A DNA stretch of 64,000 bases. Source: Reyranellaceae bacterium. Lineage in GTDB: Bacteria > Pseudomonadota > Alphaproteobacteria > Reyranellales > Reyranellaceae. Both the position numbers and the translations under genes were made by a program. The stretch lies in NCBI GenBank assembly GCA_046349335.1, contig JAXMCO010000007.1:10039-74038 (forward strand). Reading direction: 5' to 3'. The number at the start of each line of letters is the position of its first letter. Position 1 is the first letter of the stretch. Of this stretch, positions 1-9,357 are shown in pieces. The notes beneath the pieces were generated by a model, which was given only the letters and a program-made list of their open reading frames with translations, was not told the DNA's origin and did not search any database.

Positions 1-141
1 GCTCACTTTCCAGCGTCCGTCGGCGATCGACTGGAGGCGCAGGCCGGCCGCCAGCAGGGCGAGCAGGGCGTCGTCGCTGGCGCTGGCATCGGCGCTGCCC
101 ACGAGGGCCGGGTCGACGGCTTCCGCCTTGCGCCGCGCCAT
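1..141 (-). CDS. N-terminal fragment (runs off window), possibly RadC/JAB-domain protein
   Basis: ATG at 141, 5 nt after the map stop, open to the edge; MARRKAEAVDP...SASDDALLALLAAG resembles the RadC 'LSDAELLALLL' helix; map-radC adjacency is common in Alphaproteobacteria. Confidence 0.4.
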   Translation of the reverse strand, partial: MARRKAEAVDPALVGSADASASDDALLALLAAGLRLQSIADGRWKVS

Positions 142-146
142 GCGGC

Positions 147-1028
147 TCAGGCCGTCGCGGCCTGGCGTTGGTCGGCCGGTGAGGCGGCGCCGAGGTCGAA
201 GGGTGGCTTGGCGAGCTCGCGCGGCGAGAGGGTGAAGAACTCGACCCCGGTCTCCGTGATACCCACCGAATGCTCGAACTGGGCGGAGAGCTGCTTGTCG
301 CGTGTCACTGCCGTCCAACCGTCGCTCAGGATCTTCACCTGCCAGGTGCCGGCGTTGACCATTGGCTCGACGGTGAAGAACATGCCGGGCTTCAGCACCG
401 GTCCGGTGCCGGCTTTGCCGTAATGCAGGATGTTCGGCGCATCGTGGAAGATGCGGCCGAGGCCGTGGCCCGAGAAATCGCGTACCACGGAGAAGCGCTG
501 TGCCTCGACATAGCTTTGGATGGCTTGGCCGATGTCGCCGACATGACCACCCGGGCGGGCGGCGGCAATGCCGCGCATCATCGCCTCGTAGGTCACGTCG
601 CACAGCTTGCGTGCCTTCACGCCGACCTCGCCGGCGAAGAACATGCGGCTGGTGTCGCCGTACCAGCCGTCGAGGATCACGGTGACGTCGATGTTCACGA
701 TGTCGCCGTTCTGCAGGCGCTTGTCCGAGGGGATGCCGTGGCAGACCACGTGGTTGATCGAGGTGCAGATCGACTTGGGATAGCCGCGGTAGCCGAGCGG
801 GGCGGGGATCGCCTTGTTGTCCAGGATGTAGTCGTGGCAGAGCTTGTCGAGCTCGCCCGTGGTGACCCCGGGCTGTACATAGGACGTGATGAAATCGAGC
901 GTCTCGGCGGCCAGCCGGCCGGCGCGCCGCATGCCTTCGAACCCTTCGGGTCCGTGGAGCTTGATCGTGCGCTCGTCGCGCCGCCAGTAGTCGGCGCTGT
1001 CGTCGATGATGTCGCGAGGGCTGCTCAT
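147..1028 (-). CDS. map: Methionine aminopeptidase type I
   Basis: CTSINHVVCHGIP, NIDVT...GDTSR, GHGLG..FH, EPMVN, SAQFEH motifs. Confidence 0.97.
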   Translation of the reverse strand: MSSPRDIIDDSADYWRRDERTIKLHGPEGFEGMRRAGRLAAETLDFITSYVQPGVTTGELDKLCHDYILDNKAIPAPLGYRGYPKSICTSINHVVCHGIPSDKRLQNGDIVNIDVTVILDGWYGDTSRMFFAGEVGVKARKLCDVTYEAMMRGIAAARPGGHVGDIGQAIQSYVEAQRFSVVRDFSGHGLGRIFHDAPNILHYGKAGTGPVLKPGMFFTVEPMVNAGTWQVKILSDGWTAVTRDKQLSAQFEHSVGITETGVEFFTLSPRELAKPPFDLGAASPADQRQAATA

Positions 1029-1133
1029 GGCCCATATTTGGCATGCGATACCGGCAGTAACAAGGCCGTGGATCGCTTGGCCGACCGGCTGCCCTCCGCT
1101 AATGTCCTGAAAGAAAAGGAAAAAGAGACCTGC

Positions 1134-1895
1134 ATGTCGCTATCGGCAAAAACCGTCACCGCCTGCATCGTCGTCATCGGCAACGAGATACTGAGTGGCC
1201 GGACCCGCGATTCCAACATCCAGTATCTCGCCACCGAGCTCGGCGCCCTGGGCGTGCGGGTCATGGAATGCCGTGTCATTCCCGATATCGAGGCGACCAT
1301 CGTCGCCACCGTCAACGAAGTGCGCGCCAAGTTCGACTACGTGTTCACCACCGGCGGCATCGGCCCGACCCACGACGACATCACCGCCGATTGCATCGCC
1401 AAGGCGTTTGGGGTCGGCATCTCCGAGCATCCCGAGGCAGTGGCGCGCATGACGCGGCATTACGGTGACGTGGCGCTGTTCACGCCGGCGCGGCGGCGCA
1501 TGGCACGGGTCCCGCATGGCGGAATTCTGGTCGACAACCCGGTGTCCGTAGCGCCCGGCTTCCAGATGGAGAACGTCTTTACCTTCGCCGGCATCCCCAA
1601 GGTCGCCGAGGCGATGTTCCAGTCGATGAAGCATCGGCTGGTCGGCGGCGCCCCCATGCTGTCGCGCACCGTGCGGACCAATCTGCCGGAGGGCATCATT
1701 GCCGAGCCGCTGGGCGCCTTGCAGCAGCGCTACGAGGATCTCGACATCGGCAGCTACCCGGCCTTCCGCAACGGCAAGCCGAGCGTCTCGCTGGTGCTGC
1801 GCGGCGTCGACGCGGCACGCCTCGAAGCTGCCGCGGCCGAGCTGATGGCCACCATCCGGACGATGAACGGCGAGGCCGAGGAGTTCACCCAGTAG
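1134..1895 (+). CDS. Molybdopterin-binding-domain protein (CinA N-terminal-like)
   Basis: IGNEILSGRTRDSN, TTGGIGPTHDDIT; start reassigned to ATG 1134. Confidence 0.92.
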   Translation: MSLSAKTVTACIVVIGNEILSGRTRDSNIQYLATELGALGVRVMECRVIPDIEATIVATVNEVRAKFDYVFTTGGIGPTHDDITADCIAKAFGVGISEHPEAVARMTRHYGDVALFTPARRRMARVPHGGILVDNPVSVAPGFQMENVFTFAGIPKVAEAMFQSMKHRLVGGAPMLSRTVRTNLPEGIIAEPLGALQQRYEDLDIGSYPAFRNGKPSVSLVLRGVDAARLEAAAAELMATIRTMNGEAEEFTQ

Positions 1896-2945
1896 GTGTT
1901 GGCCTGGTCGGCGCTGATCGCTCTGTCCGCCGCGCTCGGCGCCCTGCTGTTCTGGCTGCATGCGCCGGCCGCCCTGATGCTGGGGCCGTTGATCGCCGCC
2001 ATCGTGGTTGCCGCCGCCGGCGGCCGCGTCCGATTTCCGCTGACGCCGTTCGTGCTCGCCCAGGGCATGATCGGCTGCCTGATCGCCAAGATGGTGCCCT
2101 TGTCGATCATGGGCGACATCCTCGCCCACTGGCAGATGTTCACCGCCGCGGTGCTGTTCGTGGTTGCGGCCTCGAGCTTCCTCGGCTGGCTGATGACTCG
2201 TCTGCAAGTGCTGCCCGGCACCACGGGATTGTGGGGCATGAGCCCGGGCGCCGCCTCGGTCATGACCATCATGGCCGAGTCCTATGGCGCCGACATCAGG
2301 CTGGTCGCCGTCATGCAATACCTGCGGATCGTGATGGTGGCCGGCGTGGCGGCGCTGGTTGCCAAGCTGTTCGGCGTCGGCACCGCCCACGGCGCCCAGG
2401 AGGTCGTCTGGTTTCCCAAGCTCGACTGGCTGGCGTTCGGCGAGACCCTGGGGCTCGCGATCCTGGGGCCGCTGATCGCGCGCTGGCTGCGCATTCCCGC
2501 CGGTGCGTTCCTGGTGCCGCTGGTCGCCGGCATCTTCCTGACGCACTTCGGCCTGATGACCCTCGAGCTACCCGCATGGCTGATGGCGATCAGCTACACG
2601 CTGGTCGGCTGGAACATCGGCTTGCGCTTCACGCGCCCGCTGCTGATCCACGCCGCGCGCGCCCTGCCGCGCATCATCGGCTCGATGGCGGTGCTGATCG
2701 CGCTATGCGGCGGCGTGGCGGCCATGCTGGTCTACGGTGCCGGCATCGATCCGCTCACCGCCTATCTCGCGACCAGCCCTGGCGGCTCCGATTCGATCGC
2801 CATCATCGCCGCCTCGACCAACGTCGACGTGTCCTTCGTGATGGCGATGCAAACCGTGCGCATGATCGCCGTGCTGTTTCTCGCGCCGATCTTGACGCGC
2901 TTCATCGCGCAAAGGCTAAGCTCTCCGAATGACAAGCATCCATGA
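1896..2945 (+). CDS. AbrB-family membrane protein (putative ammonia monooxygenase family)
   Basis: Duplicated PA..L.GP / SPGG hydrophobic repeats; GAGGAG upstream inside previous gene. Confidence 0.88.
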   Translation: MLAWSALIALSAALGALLFWLHAPAALMLGPLIAAIVVAAAGGRVRFPLTPFVLAQGMIGCLIAKMVPLSIMGDILAHWQMFTAAVLFVVAASSFLGWLMTRLQVLPGTTGLWGMSPGAASVMTIMAESYGADIRLVAVMQYLRIVMVAGVAALVAKLFGVGTAHGAQEVVWFPKLDWLAFGETLGLAILGPLIARWLRIPAGAFLVPLVAGIFLTHFGLMTLELPAWLMAISYTLVGWNIGLRFTRPLLIHAARALPRIIGSMAVLIALCGGVAAMLVYGAGIDPLTAYLATSPGGSDSIAIIAASTNVDVSFVMAMQTVRMIAVLFLAPILTRFIAQRLSSPNDKHP

Positions 2946-4317
2946 CATGACCGCGGTCGACCTGCTGGCCGCCTACGAGACCCGCAAGCTCTCGCCCGTC
3001 GACGCGGTCGACGCCGTGATCGCACGTATCGAGGCCTGGGAGCCCAAGCTGAAGGCGCTCTACGCGCCCGATTTCGAGGGCGCCCGCAAGGAAGCCAGGC
3101 TCTCGGAGCAGCGCTGGCAGACTGGTCAGCCGAAAGGCGCCCTCGACGGCGTGCCGATCACCATCAAGGAGAACATCGCCACCAAGGGCGTGCCGGTGCC
3201 GCTCGGCACGGCGGCGACCAAGCTCGCCCCGGCGGCAGCCGATGCGCCGGCTGCGGCGCGGGTGCGGGAGGCGGGCGCCATCATACTCGCCAAGACCACC
3301 ATGCCAGACTACGGCATGCTGTCGTCGGGCCGCAGCTCGTTCCATCCGTTGACCCGCAATCCGTGGAACTTGGCCTGGAATCCCGGCGGTTCGAGCGCCG
3401 GCGCCGGTGCGGCGGCAGCGGCGGGCTACGGTCCACTGCATCTCGGCACCGACATCGGCGGCTCGGTCCGCCTGCCGGCGACCTGGAACGGCATCTTCAC
3501 CTTGAAGCCGAGCCTCGGCCGCGTCCCGGTCGACCCGCCGTACTTCGGCCGTGTCGTCGGACCGATGACGCGGACGGTGGCCGATTCGGCGTTGCTGATG
3601 GCCGAGCTCTCCAAGCCCGACTGGCGCGATCACATGAGCCTGCCGGCAACGACGATCGACTGGAGCGCCGGCCCGCTCGATCCCAAGGGCCTGGAGATCG
3701 GCCTGCATCTCGATGCCGGCTCGGGCCTGCCGGTCGATGCCGAGGTGAGGGCAGCGATCGAGGCAGCGGCCAAGCTGTTCGCCGACGCCGGCGCGGTGGT
3801 TGGCCCGGTGGTGCCGTTCCTGTCGCCCGAGATGCTGCATCTGCAGGATCTGTTCTGGCGGGTTCGGAGCTGGGTCGATTTCTCGGGCCTGAGTCACGCC
3901 CGGCAGGCGAGCGTGCTGCCCTTCATCGCCGACTGGTGCCGCGGTGGTGCCGACATCTCGGGCGCGACCGTGATCCGCGCCGTCAACAATTACATGGCGA
4001 TCCGGGCCGCGGCGACCAGGGCGACGCACGATTTCGACTATGTCCTATCGCCAGTCTCGCCGGTGCCGACCTACCGCGCCGAGTGGGAAACGCCGACCAA
4101 CGACGTCGAGCGGCCGCTTGAGCACATCTCCTTCACCATGCCCTACAACATGAGCGAGCAGCCGGCCGCCTCGATCAATTGCGGCTACACCAAGGAAGGC
4201 AAGCCGATCGGCGTTCAAATCGCCGGCCGCCGCTTCGACGATCTCGGCGTGTTGCGCATCGCACGCTGGTTCGAGACGGCACGAGGCGCCCAAAGGAAGT
4301 GGCCGGAACCAGCGTAG
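2929..4317 (+). CDS. Amidase signature family protein
   Basis: GVPITIKEN, PGGSSAG, GTDIGGSVRLPA. Confidence 0.95.
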   Translation: MTSIHDMTAVDLLAAYETRKLSPVDAVDAVIARIEAWEPKLKALYAPDFEGARKEARLSEQRWQTGQPKGALDGVPITIKENIATKGVPVPLGTAATKLAPAAADAPAAARVREAGAIILAKTTMPDYGMLSSGRSSFHPLTRNPWNLAWNPGGSSAGAGAAAAAGYGPLHLGTDIGGSVRLPATWNGIFTLKPSLGRVPVDPPYFGRVVGPMTRTVADSALLMAELSKPDWRDHMSLPATTIDWSAGPLDPKGLEIGLHLDAGSGLPVDAEVRAAIEAAAKLFADAGAVVGPVVPFLSPEMLHLQDLFWRVRSWVDFSGLSHARQASVLPFIADWCRGGADISGATVIRAVNNYMAIRAAATRATHDFDYVLSPVSPVPTYRAEWETPTNDVERPLEHISFTMPYNMSEQPAASINCGYTKEGKPIGVQIAGRRFDDLGVLRIARWFETARGAQRKWPEPA

Positions 4318-4360
4318 GCCTCTCCACGGTCAACATGAAAAGCGGCACCGCTTCGGTGGA

Positions 4361-5296
4361 TCACCTTCGCAGCAGCCGCCGATACACCGGCTCGAGCAGG
4401 GTTGGCATCAGGTAGAGCGGGAACTGCACGGCGGCGATGAACAAGAAGATGTCGGGGTCGGCGGAAGCCGGCAGCACCGCCATCAGCAACGCATTGTGGC
4501 GGCCACCCGAGCAGTAGCCGGCGGTCAACGCGTCGCGCCGCTCGATCAAAGGCAGGCACACGAGAGTCACGACGAGGTTGCACAGCAGCATGCCGGCAAA
4601 GGCGCCAGCTACGAAGCCGGCGAGCTTGAGAGGCTCGGCGGCAGCGCGCGCCACCACGCCGTCCATCAGCGGGATGGCGAAAATCATCAGCACCACAACG
4701 GAGAGGCCGTCGAGCGTCTGGACGTGCTCGACAAGGCGGTTGTCGAGGCCTCGGCGGATGGCATAGGCGCCGCCCGCCGCCAGCACGACGACCAGCGCCA
4801 GCCGTAGGCTGAGATCGACAGCACCGATATGCAGGTCGAAACCGAGCAGCCATAGGGCGAGCGGCGGCAGGGTGAAGGGCACGAGGAAATTGCTGAGCAG
4901 GGTGAGCAGCAGCGCGAGCGACGGGTCGAGGCGCAGGAAGCCCGCCGTCGTCGCGGCCGAGATGATTCCTGGCGCCATGGCACTGAGGCATAGGGCGGTC
5001 ACCAGCCCAGGCCACAGCCCGAGCGCCTGCCAGACCGGGTACACCGCCAGCGGAACGACGATCAGGTTGACCAGGGACAGGACGATGGCGACCCACGGTC
5101 GGCGCAGCAGGTAGGCCACACGGCCCCAGTCCATGCGGGCCAACGCCAGCATCAGCAGCACGACGGCGAGCGGCCAAAGCAGGGGCCGCGCCGCCGCGGC
5201 GACGTCTTGGAACAGCAGCCCAACACCGAGCGCCAGCGGCAGGATCGTGGTGGCGCGTCCTCCCATGCGCCGCAAAACGTGAACGACGGGGTTCAT
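4361..5296 (-). CDS. Bile acid:Na+ symporter (BASS/Acr3-like) membrane protein
   Basis: About 10 hydrophobic segments, AMAPG..SA and GGRHNA motifs; ATG 5296. Confidence 0.7.
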   Translation of the reverse strand: MNPVVHVLRRMGGRATTILPLALGVGLLFQDVAAAARPLLWPLAVVLLMLALARMDWGRVAYLLRRPWVAIVLSLVNLIVVPLAVYPVWQALGLWPGLVTALCLSAMAPGIISAATTAGFLRLDPSLALLLTLLSNFLVPFTLPPLALWLLGFDLHIGAVDLSLRLALVVVLAAGGAYAIRRGLDNRLVEHVQTLDGLSVVVLMIFAIPLMDGVVARAAAEPLKLAGFVAGAFAGMLLCNLVVTLVCLPLIERRDALTAGYCSGGRHNALLMAVLPASADPDIFLFIAAVQFPLYLMPTLLEPVYRRLLRR

Positions 5297-5328
5297 TGGC
5301 TCCACGCTATCACATGGTAGCGTCCATC

Positions 5329-6735
5329 ATGTTCCGTCGAACGCTTCTGGCTGCTCTGCTCGTATCCGTGCCGGCCCTGGCGCAGCCGGCCGCTGCGCCC
5401 GATTGCACCGTCGACGTGCAGCTCACAGGGCGCGGCGACCTCGGCCTCGAGGTCGCGTATCGCTGTCGCGCGACGCAGCCGCTCGCCTTCGAGGCGGGCG
5501 AGGCCCGCGCCGCAGCGTACGTGACCGACCTCAAGGTCGAGCAGGGCAACGGCCTCGCCGAGGCGCGCTATCGGTTCAACCTGTCCGACTTCGCGCGCGC
5601 CGTCGATTCGACCTCGCTTGCCGTGCAGCGCGGCAATGGCGTGCTCGCGACCTTGGGGAGCTGGCTGCTCGAACCGCACGGCTACGATCGTCCGCCCGTC
5701 ATCGACATTCGCGTGACCAACGGCCCGGGGCTGGTTTTCACCAGCGGCTTGCCCAAGGTCGGTGACGCGTGGCGGCTCGCCGGCACTACCGTGCGCTTCG
5801 CGGGCTATACGGCACTCGGCCGGCTGACCTACCGCGAGCTCGCCGTGCCGGCACCTGGATCCCTGCGTTCCGGCCAGCCGGCTGCCCAGGCCGTGCTGCG
5901 CGTCGCCCTGCTCGACGGCGTCGCCGAGGCTGGCCGCGCCGACGTTTTCGATTGGGTCCAGCGCACCGCGCAGGCGCAGACGAATTATTGGCAGGGGTTC
6001 ACGGCGCGGCAAGCGTTGGTCGGGCTGGTGCCGACGGCGGGCCGGCGCGGCATCGGCTATGGCCGCACGGTGCCGGGCGGCGGCGTCACGGTGATGGTCG
6101 AGCTCGGCGCCGACGTCGATCGCCATCGCCTGTTCGACGACTGGGTGCTGACCCACGAGCTGATCCACACCGGCATGCCGTTCATTCGCGGCCGAGGAAC
6201 CTGGTTCATGGAGGGGGCGGCCACCTACGTCGAGCCGATCATCCGCGCCCGCGCCGGCTGGAAGACCGAGGAGGAGGTCTGGCGCGAGTGGGTCGACAAC
6301 ATGCCGAAGGGTGTCCAGGCCTTCTCTTCCGGCATGGCCAGCGCGTCGGGTCGCGAGAACTACTGGGGCGGCGCCACTTTCATGCTGCTCGCCGATCTCG
6401 CCATCCGACGGGCGAGCCAGGGCGCCAAGGGCCTGGAGGATTGTCTCGGCGGCGTGCTGTGGAGTGGCCTGGACGGCGCGCAGCGAATCTCGGTCGGCGA
6501 CTACGCTGCTGCCTGCGATCGCGCCTCCGGCACGCCGGCGATGAGTGCGCTGGTCGACCGCCATCTCAATCGCGGCGAGCCGCTCGATCTCGCGGCGTTG
6601 TGGAAGGAGCTGGGTGTCGCCTTGATCGGCGGCCGCATCGCGCTCGACGACAGCGCACCCGGCGCGCCGTGGCGCCGGCTGATCGTGCCGGGCAACCGGC
6701 CGCCCAAGCCGGTGAAGCTGCCCTGGCAGAGTTGA
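5329..6735 (+). CDS. Secreted gluzincin-type Zn metallopeptidase (M61/M1-like)
   Basis: Signal peptide MFRRTLLAALL..ALA; THELIH followed by WFMEGAATY. Confidence 0.75.
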   Translation: MFRRTLLAALLVSVPALAQPAAAPDCTVDVQLTGRGDLGLEVAYRCRATQPLAFEAGEARAAAYVTDLKVEQGNGLAEARYRFNLSDFARAVDSTSLAVQRGNGVLATLGSWLLEPHGYDRPPVIDIRVTNGPGLVFTSGLPKVGDAWRLAGTTVRFAGYTALGRLTYRELAVPAPGSLRSGQPAAQAVLRVALLDGVAEAGRADVFDWVQRTAQAQTNYWQGFTARQALVGLVPTAGRRGIGYGRTVPGGGVTVMVELGADVDRHRLFDDWVLTHELIHTGMPFIRGRGTWFMEGAATYVEPIIRARAGWKTEEEVWREWVDNMPKGVQAFSSGMASASGRENYWGGATFMLLADLAIRRASQGAKGLEDCLGGVLWSGLDGAQRISVGDYAAACDRASGTPAMSALVDRHLNRGEPLDLAALWKELGVALIGGRIALDDSAPGAPWRRLIVPGNRPPKPVKLPWQS

Positions 6736-6786
6736 GCGAATCTCTTCGCCGCTTGACCATGCCTGCGGCCGACCTCTACGAAGCGG

Positions 6787-6965
6787 TATCGACGGTCCTC
6801 CTCGATGGAGGCTAACAGGGAATGCCGTGCTGCCTGCGAAGGCTAATCGGCGGCTGTACCCGCAGCTGTAAGCGGCGAGCCACTGCCCACAGGTCACTGG
6901 ATCACACGATCCGGGAAGGCGGGCAGGAGCCGGGACCCGCGAGCCAGAAGACCTGCCGGCGATAG
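6787..6965 (+). ncRNA. Cobalamin (B12) riboswitch
   Basis: GGT..AACAGGGAATGCCGTG..AATCGGCGGCTGTACCCGCAGCTGTAAGCGG..CACTGG..CCGGGAAGGC..GAGCCAGAAGACCTGCC (B12 box); closing P1 pairing. Confidence 0.93.
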
Positions 6966-7054
6966 CGTCGCTCTTCCAATGGACGGGATGATCCAGCGGA
7001 ACGGTCAACCGAGCGGTGACGCGGCTTGGCGTGAACTGTTCGGGAGATCGTTCG

Positions 7055-7837
7055 ATGACACTGCCCATCCTGCCGACGGCACCGCCCGCTTCCGCCGAGC
7101 TCGTCCGCGTTCTGCTTTTGGCGCGCACCGCCAATACGGCCGTGCCCCTCGAGGAAATGGAGCGCATGAGGGGCAAGGTGGCGAGCATGGCCAATGTCGC
7201 TGCCGCGGCCTTTGCCTTCAGCGAAGAGGGTATCCCGTCGTTGCGGACGGAACTCGCGAGGCTGGCTGCGTCGGAAGCGATGCCGATCGTGATCGTGCCG
7301 CTGGTGTTTCCGTCGGAACCGAAATTCGAGATTTGGCTGCGACGCACCCTTGCACGCTGGCAGGCTGAACGGCCCGGTGCATGGCCGGAAATCCGCTTGG
7401 CGCCGTTTCCCGGCAGCCGGAAAGAGATGCACGACCTCCTGAGGGCGCTCGTCACGACGTGTGAGATCAAGCCCATCAAGGCGGCGAAGCCGGCCGGCAC
7501 CGAAGGTTCGATCGTGCCGGCGCAGAAGCGGCGCGTGCTGGTGTGCATGGACGGTCCCTGCCATGCCGCTGGTGCCGCCGTGATCTGGGGTCACCTGCGC
7601 AACGAACAGAACCGCCTCGCGCTCCGCACCACCGGGGAGGGCGCGATGACCTCGAAAACGACTTGCCTGGGGCCGTGCAGCCTCGCGCCGGTGCTGCAGA
7701 TCTGGCCTGAGGGCACGATATACGGTGGCATCGACGAGGCAGGCGTCGATGCAATCGTCGGCAGCCACCTGCTACACGGTGAGATCGTCGAGCGGCTGGC
7801 CTATGCGCCGACCGGAGCAAAGCAACGACTGCGTTGA
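7055..7837 (+). CDS. CbiX-like N-terminal domain fused to thioredoxin-like (2Fe-2S) ferredoxin
   Basis: C-terminal VLVCMDGPC...TTCLGPCSLAPVLQIWPEG; N-terminal AFSEEGIPSL..EL..L..IVIVPLVF resembles the CbiX/SirB fold; GGGAGA RBS. Confidence 0.75.
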   Translation: MTLPILPTAPPASAELVRVLLLARTANTAVPLEEMERMRGKVASMANVAAAAFAFSEEGIPSLRTELARLAASEAMPIVIVPLVFPSEPKFEIWLRRTLARWQAERPGAWPEIRLAPFPGSRKEMHDLLRALVTTCEIKPIKAAKPAGTEGSIVPAQKRRVLVCMDGPCHAAGAAVIWGHLRNEQNRLALRTTGEGAMTSKTTCLGPCSLAPVLQIWPEGTIYGGIDEAGVDAIVGSHLLHGEIVERLAYAPTGAKQRLR

Positions 7838-9357
7838 ACCATCGGATGCCGTGGATCATGGCCATGAACAATTCCTCTCTGCGTTCCCGCCGCGTAGCGT
7901 ATGCGCTTTCCGTCGCGCTGCTCCTGCTCGCGATTGAACCCGGCCGGGCACAGCAGACGGTCACCGTCGGCCAGACCTTCCTGGCCGCGGCGATCGATCC
8001 GGCAAAAGGTGCAGCGGGCTGGGCGCTCACCTCGCACGGCGTCGGCCAGACCCTGTTCACCGTGGATCGCGCAGGTCGCATTGCGCCGCTTCTCGCCGAG
8101 AAGGCTGAGGCGCTCGATGCGCACACCTGGACGATTCGCCTGAAGCCGGGCCTGCGCTTCTCCGACGGCTCTACGGTCGATGCCGCTTCCGTCGCCGAGG
8201 CGCTGGCGCGTACCGTGCGCGACAATCCCGCCGCGCGCGCCTCGGCCCAGCTCACCTTCCAGGCGCTCGACGCGGCGACGCTCCACGTCGCGGCCGACCG
8301 GCCGTTGCCCCTCCTGCCGTCGGTCCTGGCGGAATGGCCCTTCGTCGTCTATCGCGAGACCGTGCAGGGCATGGTGTTCACCGGCCCCTGGCAGATCGCT
8401 GCCTTCGAGCCTGATCGCGGCATGCGGCTGGTCCCCAATGCGCACTTCCCCGGCGCTACCGGCCGACCCACGATCCGGCTGCAGCGCTTCGTCGACGCCC
8501 AGTCGCTTGCCCTCGCGGCGCAATCCGGCGAGGTCGATCTCGCCTTCAACGTGCCAGTGGAGGCGCTGCCTCGGCTCAAGGCCACACCGGGTCTCACCGT
8601 GAAGTCCTTCCCGGTCGCCTACCAATATATGGCATGGATGAACACCGCGCGGCCTTTCCTCGGCGACGTGCGCGTGCGCCGCGCGTTGGATCTTGCCATC
8701 GATCGCAAGCAGCTCGCTGCGACCTTGGGCGGCGGCGAGCCCGCGACCGGTGCCTTTGCCCGCCAGTATCCCTTTGCGAGCGGCACTGAACGGCCGTTCG
8801 ATCGCGCGGCGGCCCAGGCCTTGCTCGACGAGGCCGGCTGGAGTCTCGACGGTGGCAAGCGGCAGAAGAACGGCCAGGCGCTCAAGCTCACGGTGCTCGC
8901 CTATCCGCAGCGGCCGGATCTCGTGAGTCTGCTGCCGGTGTTGCGCGACCAGTTGATGCGGCTGGGCATCGAGGTCGAGACGCGGGTGGTCGAGAATGCG
9001 CAAGCCGCGACGAAGGAGGGCAATTTCGACTTGCTGCTGTGGGCCCAGCACACCGCGCCGGCCGGCGATCCCGCCTTTTTCCTCAATGTTTTTCTGCGAT
9101 CGGGAGCGGCCAACAACCACGCCCGCTTCGCCTCGGCGGCGCTCGATCAGGTGCTCGACCGTTTCACCGCGGCATCGTCCGCCGCCGAGCGCGCTGCGAT
9201 CGCGGGCGAGGCCGAGCGGATCGTGTTCGCCGATGCGCCTGTCGCCTACTTGCTCACACCTGTCTGGCATGTGGCGCTGTCGCGTCGCCTCGCCACCTAC
9301 GAACCGTGGGGCTCGGACTATTACGTGCTGCGCCCCGATCTCGAGGTCGCGAACTGA
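7834..9357 (+). CDS. ABC substrate-binding protein, family 5 (NikA/CntA-like; probable Co/Ni)
   Basis: LKPGLRFSDGS, FTGPW, VRRALDLAIDR; signal peptide; start uncertain (TTG 7834 or ATG 7858/7864). Confidence 0.88.
   Translation: MNHRMPWIMAMNNSSLRSRRVAYALSVALLLLAIEPGRAQQTVTVGQTFLAAAIDPAKGAAGWALTSHGVGQTLFTVDRAGRIAPLLAEKAEALDAHTWTIRLKPGLRFSDGSTVDAASVAEALARTVRDNPAARASAQLTFQALDAATLHVAADRPLPLLPSVLAEWPFVVYRETVQGMVFTGPWQIAAFEPDRGMRLVPNAHFPGATGRPTIRLQRFVDAQSLALAAQSGEVDLAFNVPVEALPRLKATPGLTVKSFPVAYQYMAWMNTARPFLGDVRVRRALDLAIDRKQLAATLGGGEPATGAFARQYPFASGTERPFDRAAAQALLDEAGWSLDGGKRQKNGQALKLTVLAYPQRPDLVSLLPVLRDQLMRLGIEVETRVVENAQAATKEGNFDLLLWAQHTAPAGDPAFFLNVFLRSGAANNHARFASAALDQVLDRFTAASSAAERAAIAGEAERIVFADAPVAYLLTPVWHVALSRRLATYEPWGSDYYVLRPDLEVAN

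Noticed and set aside
1893-1898. cinA-like TAG followed in frame by the abrB GTG (possible read-through fusion)
   Set aside because: GAGGAG upstream supports independent initiation; both proteins are complete; no recoding signal seen
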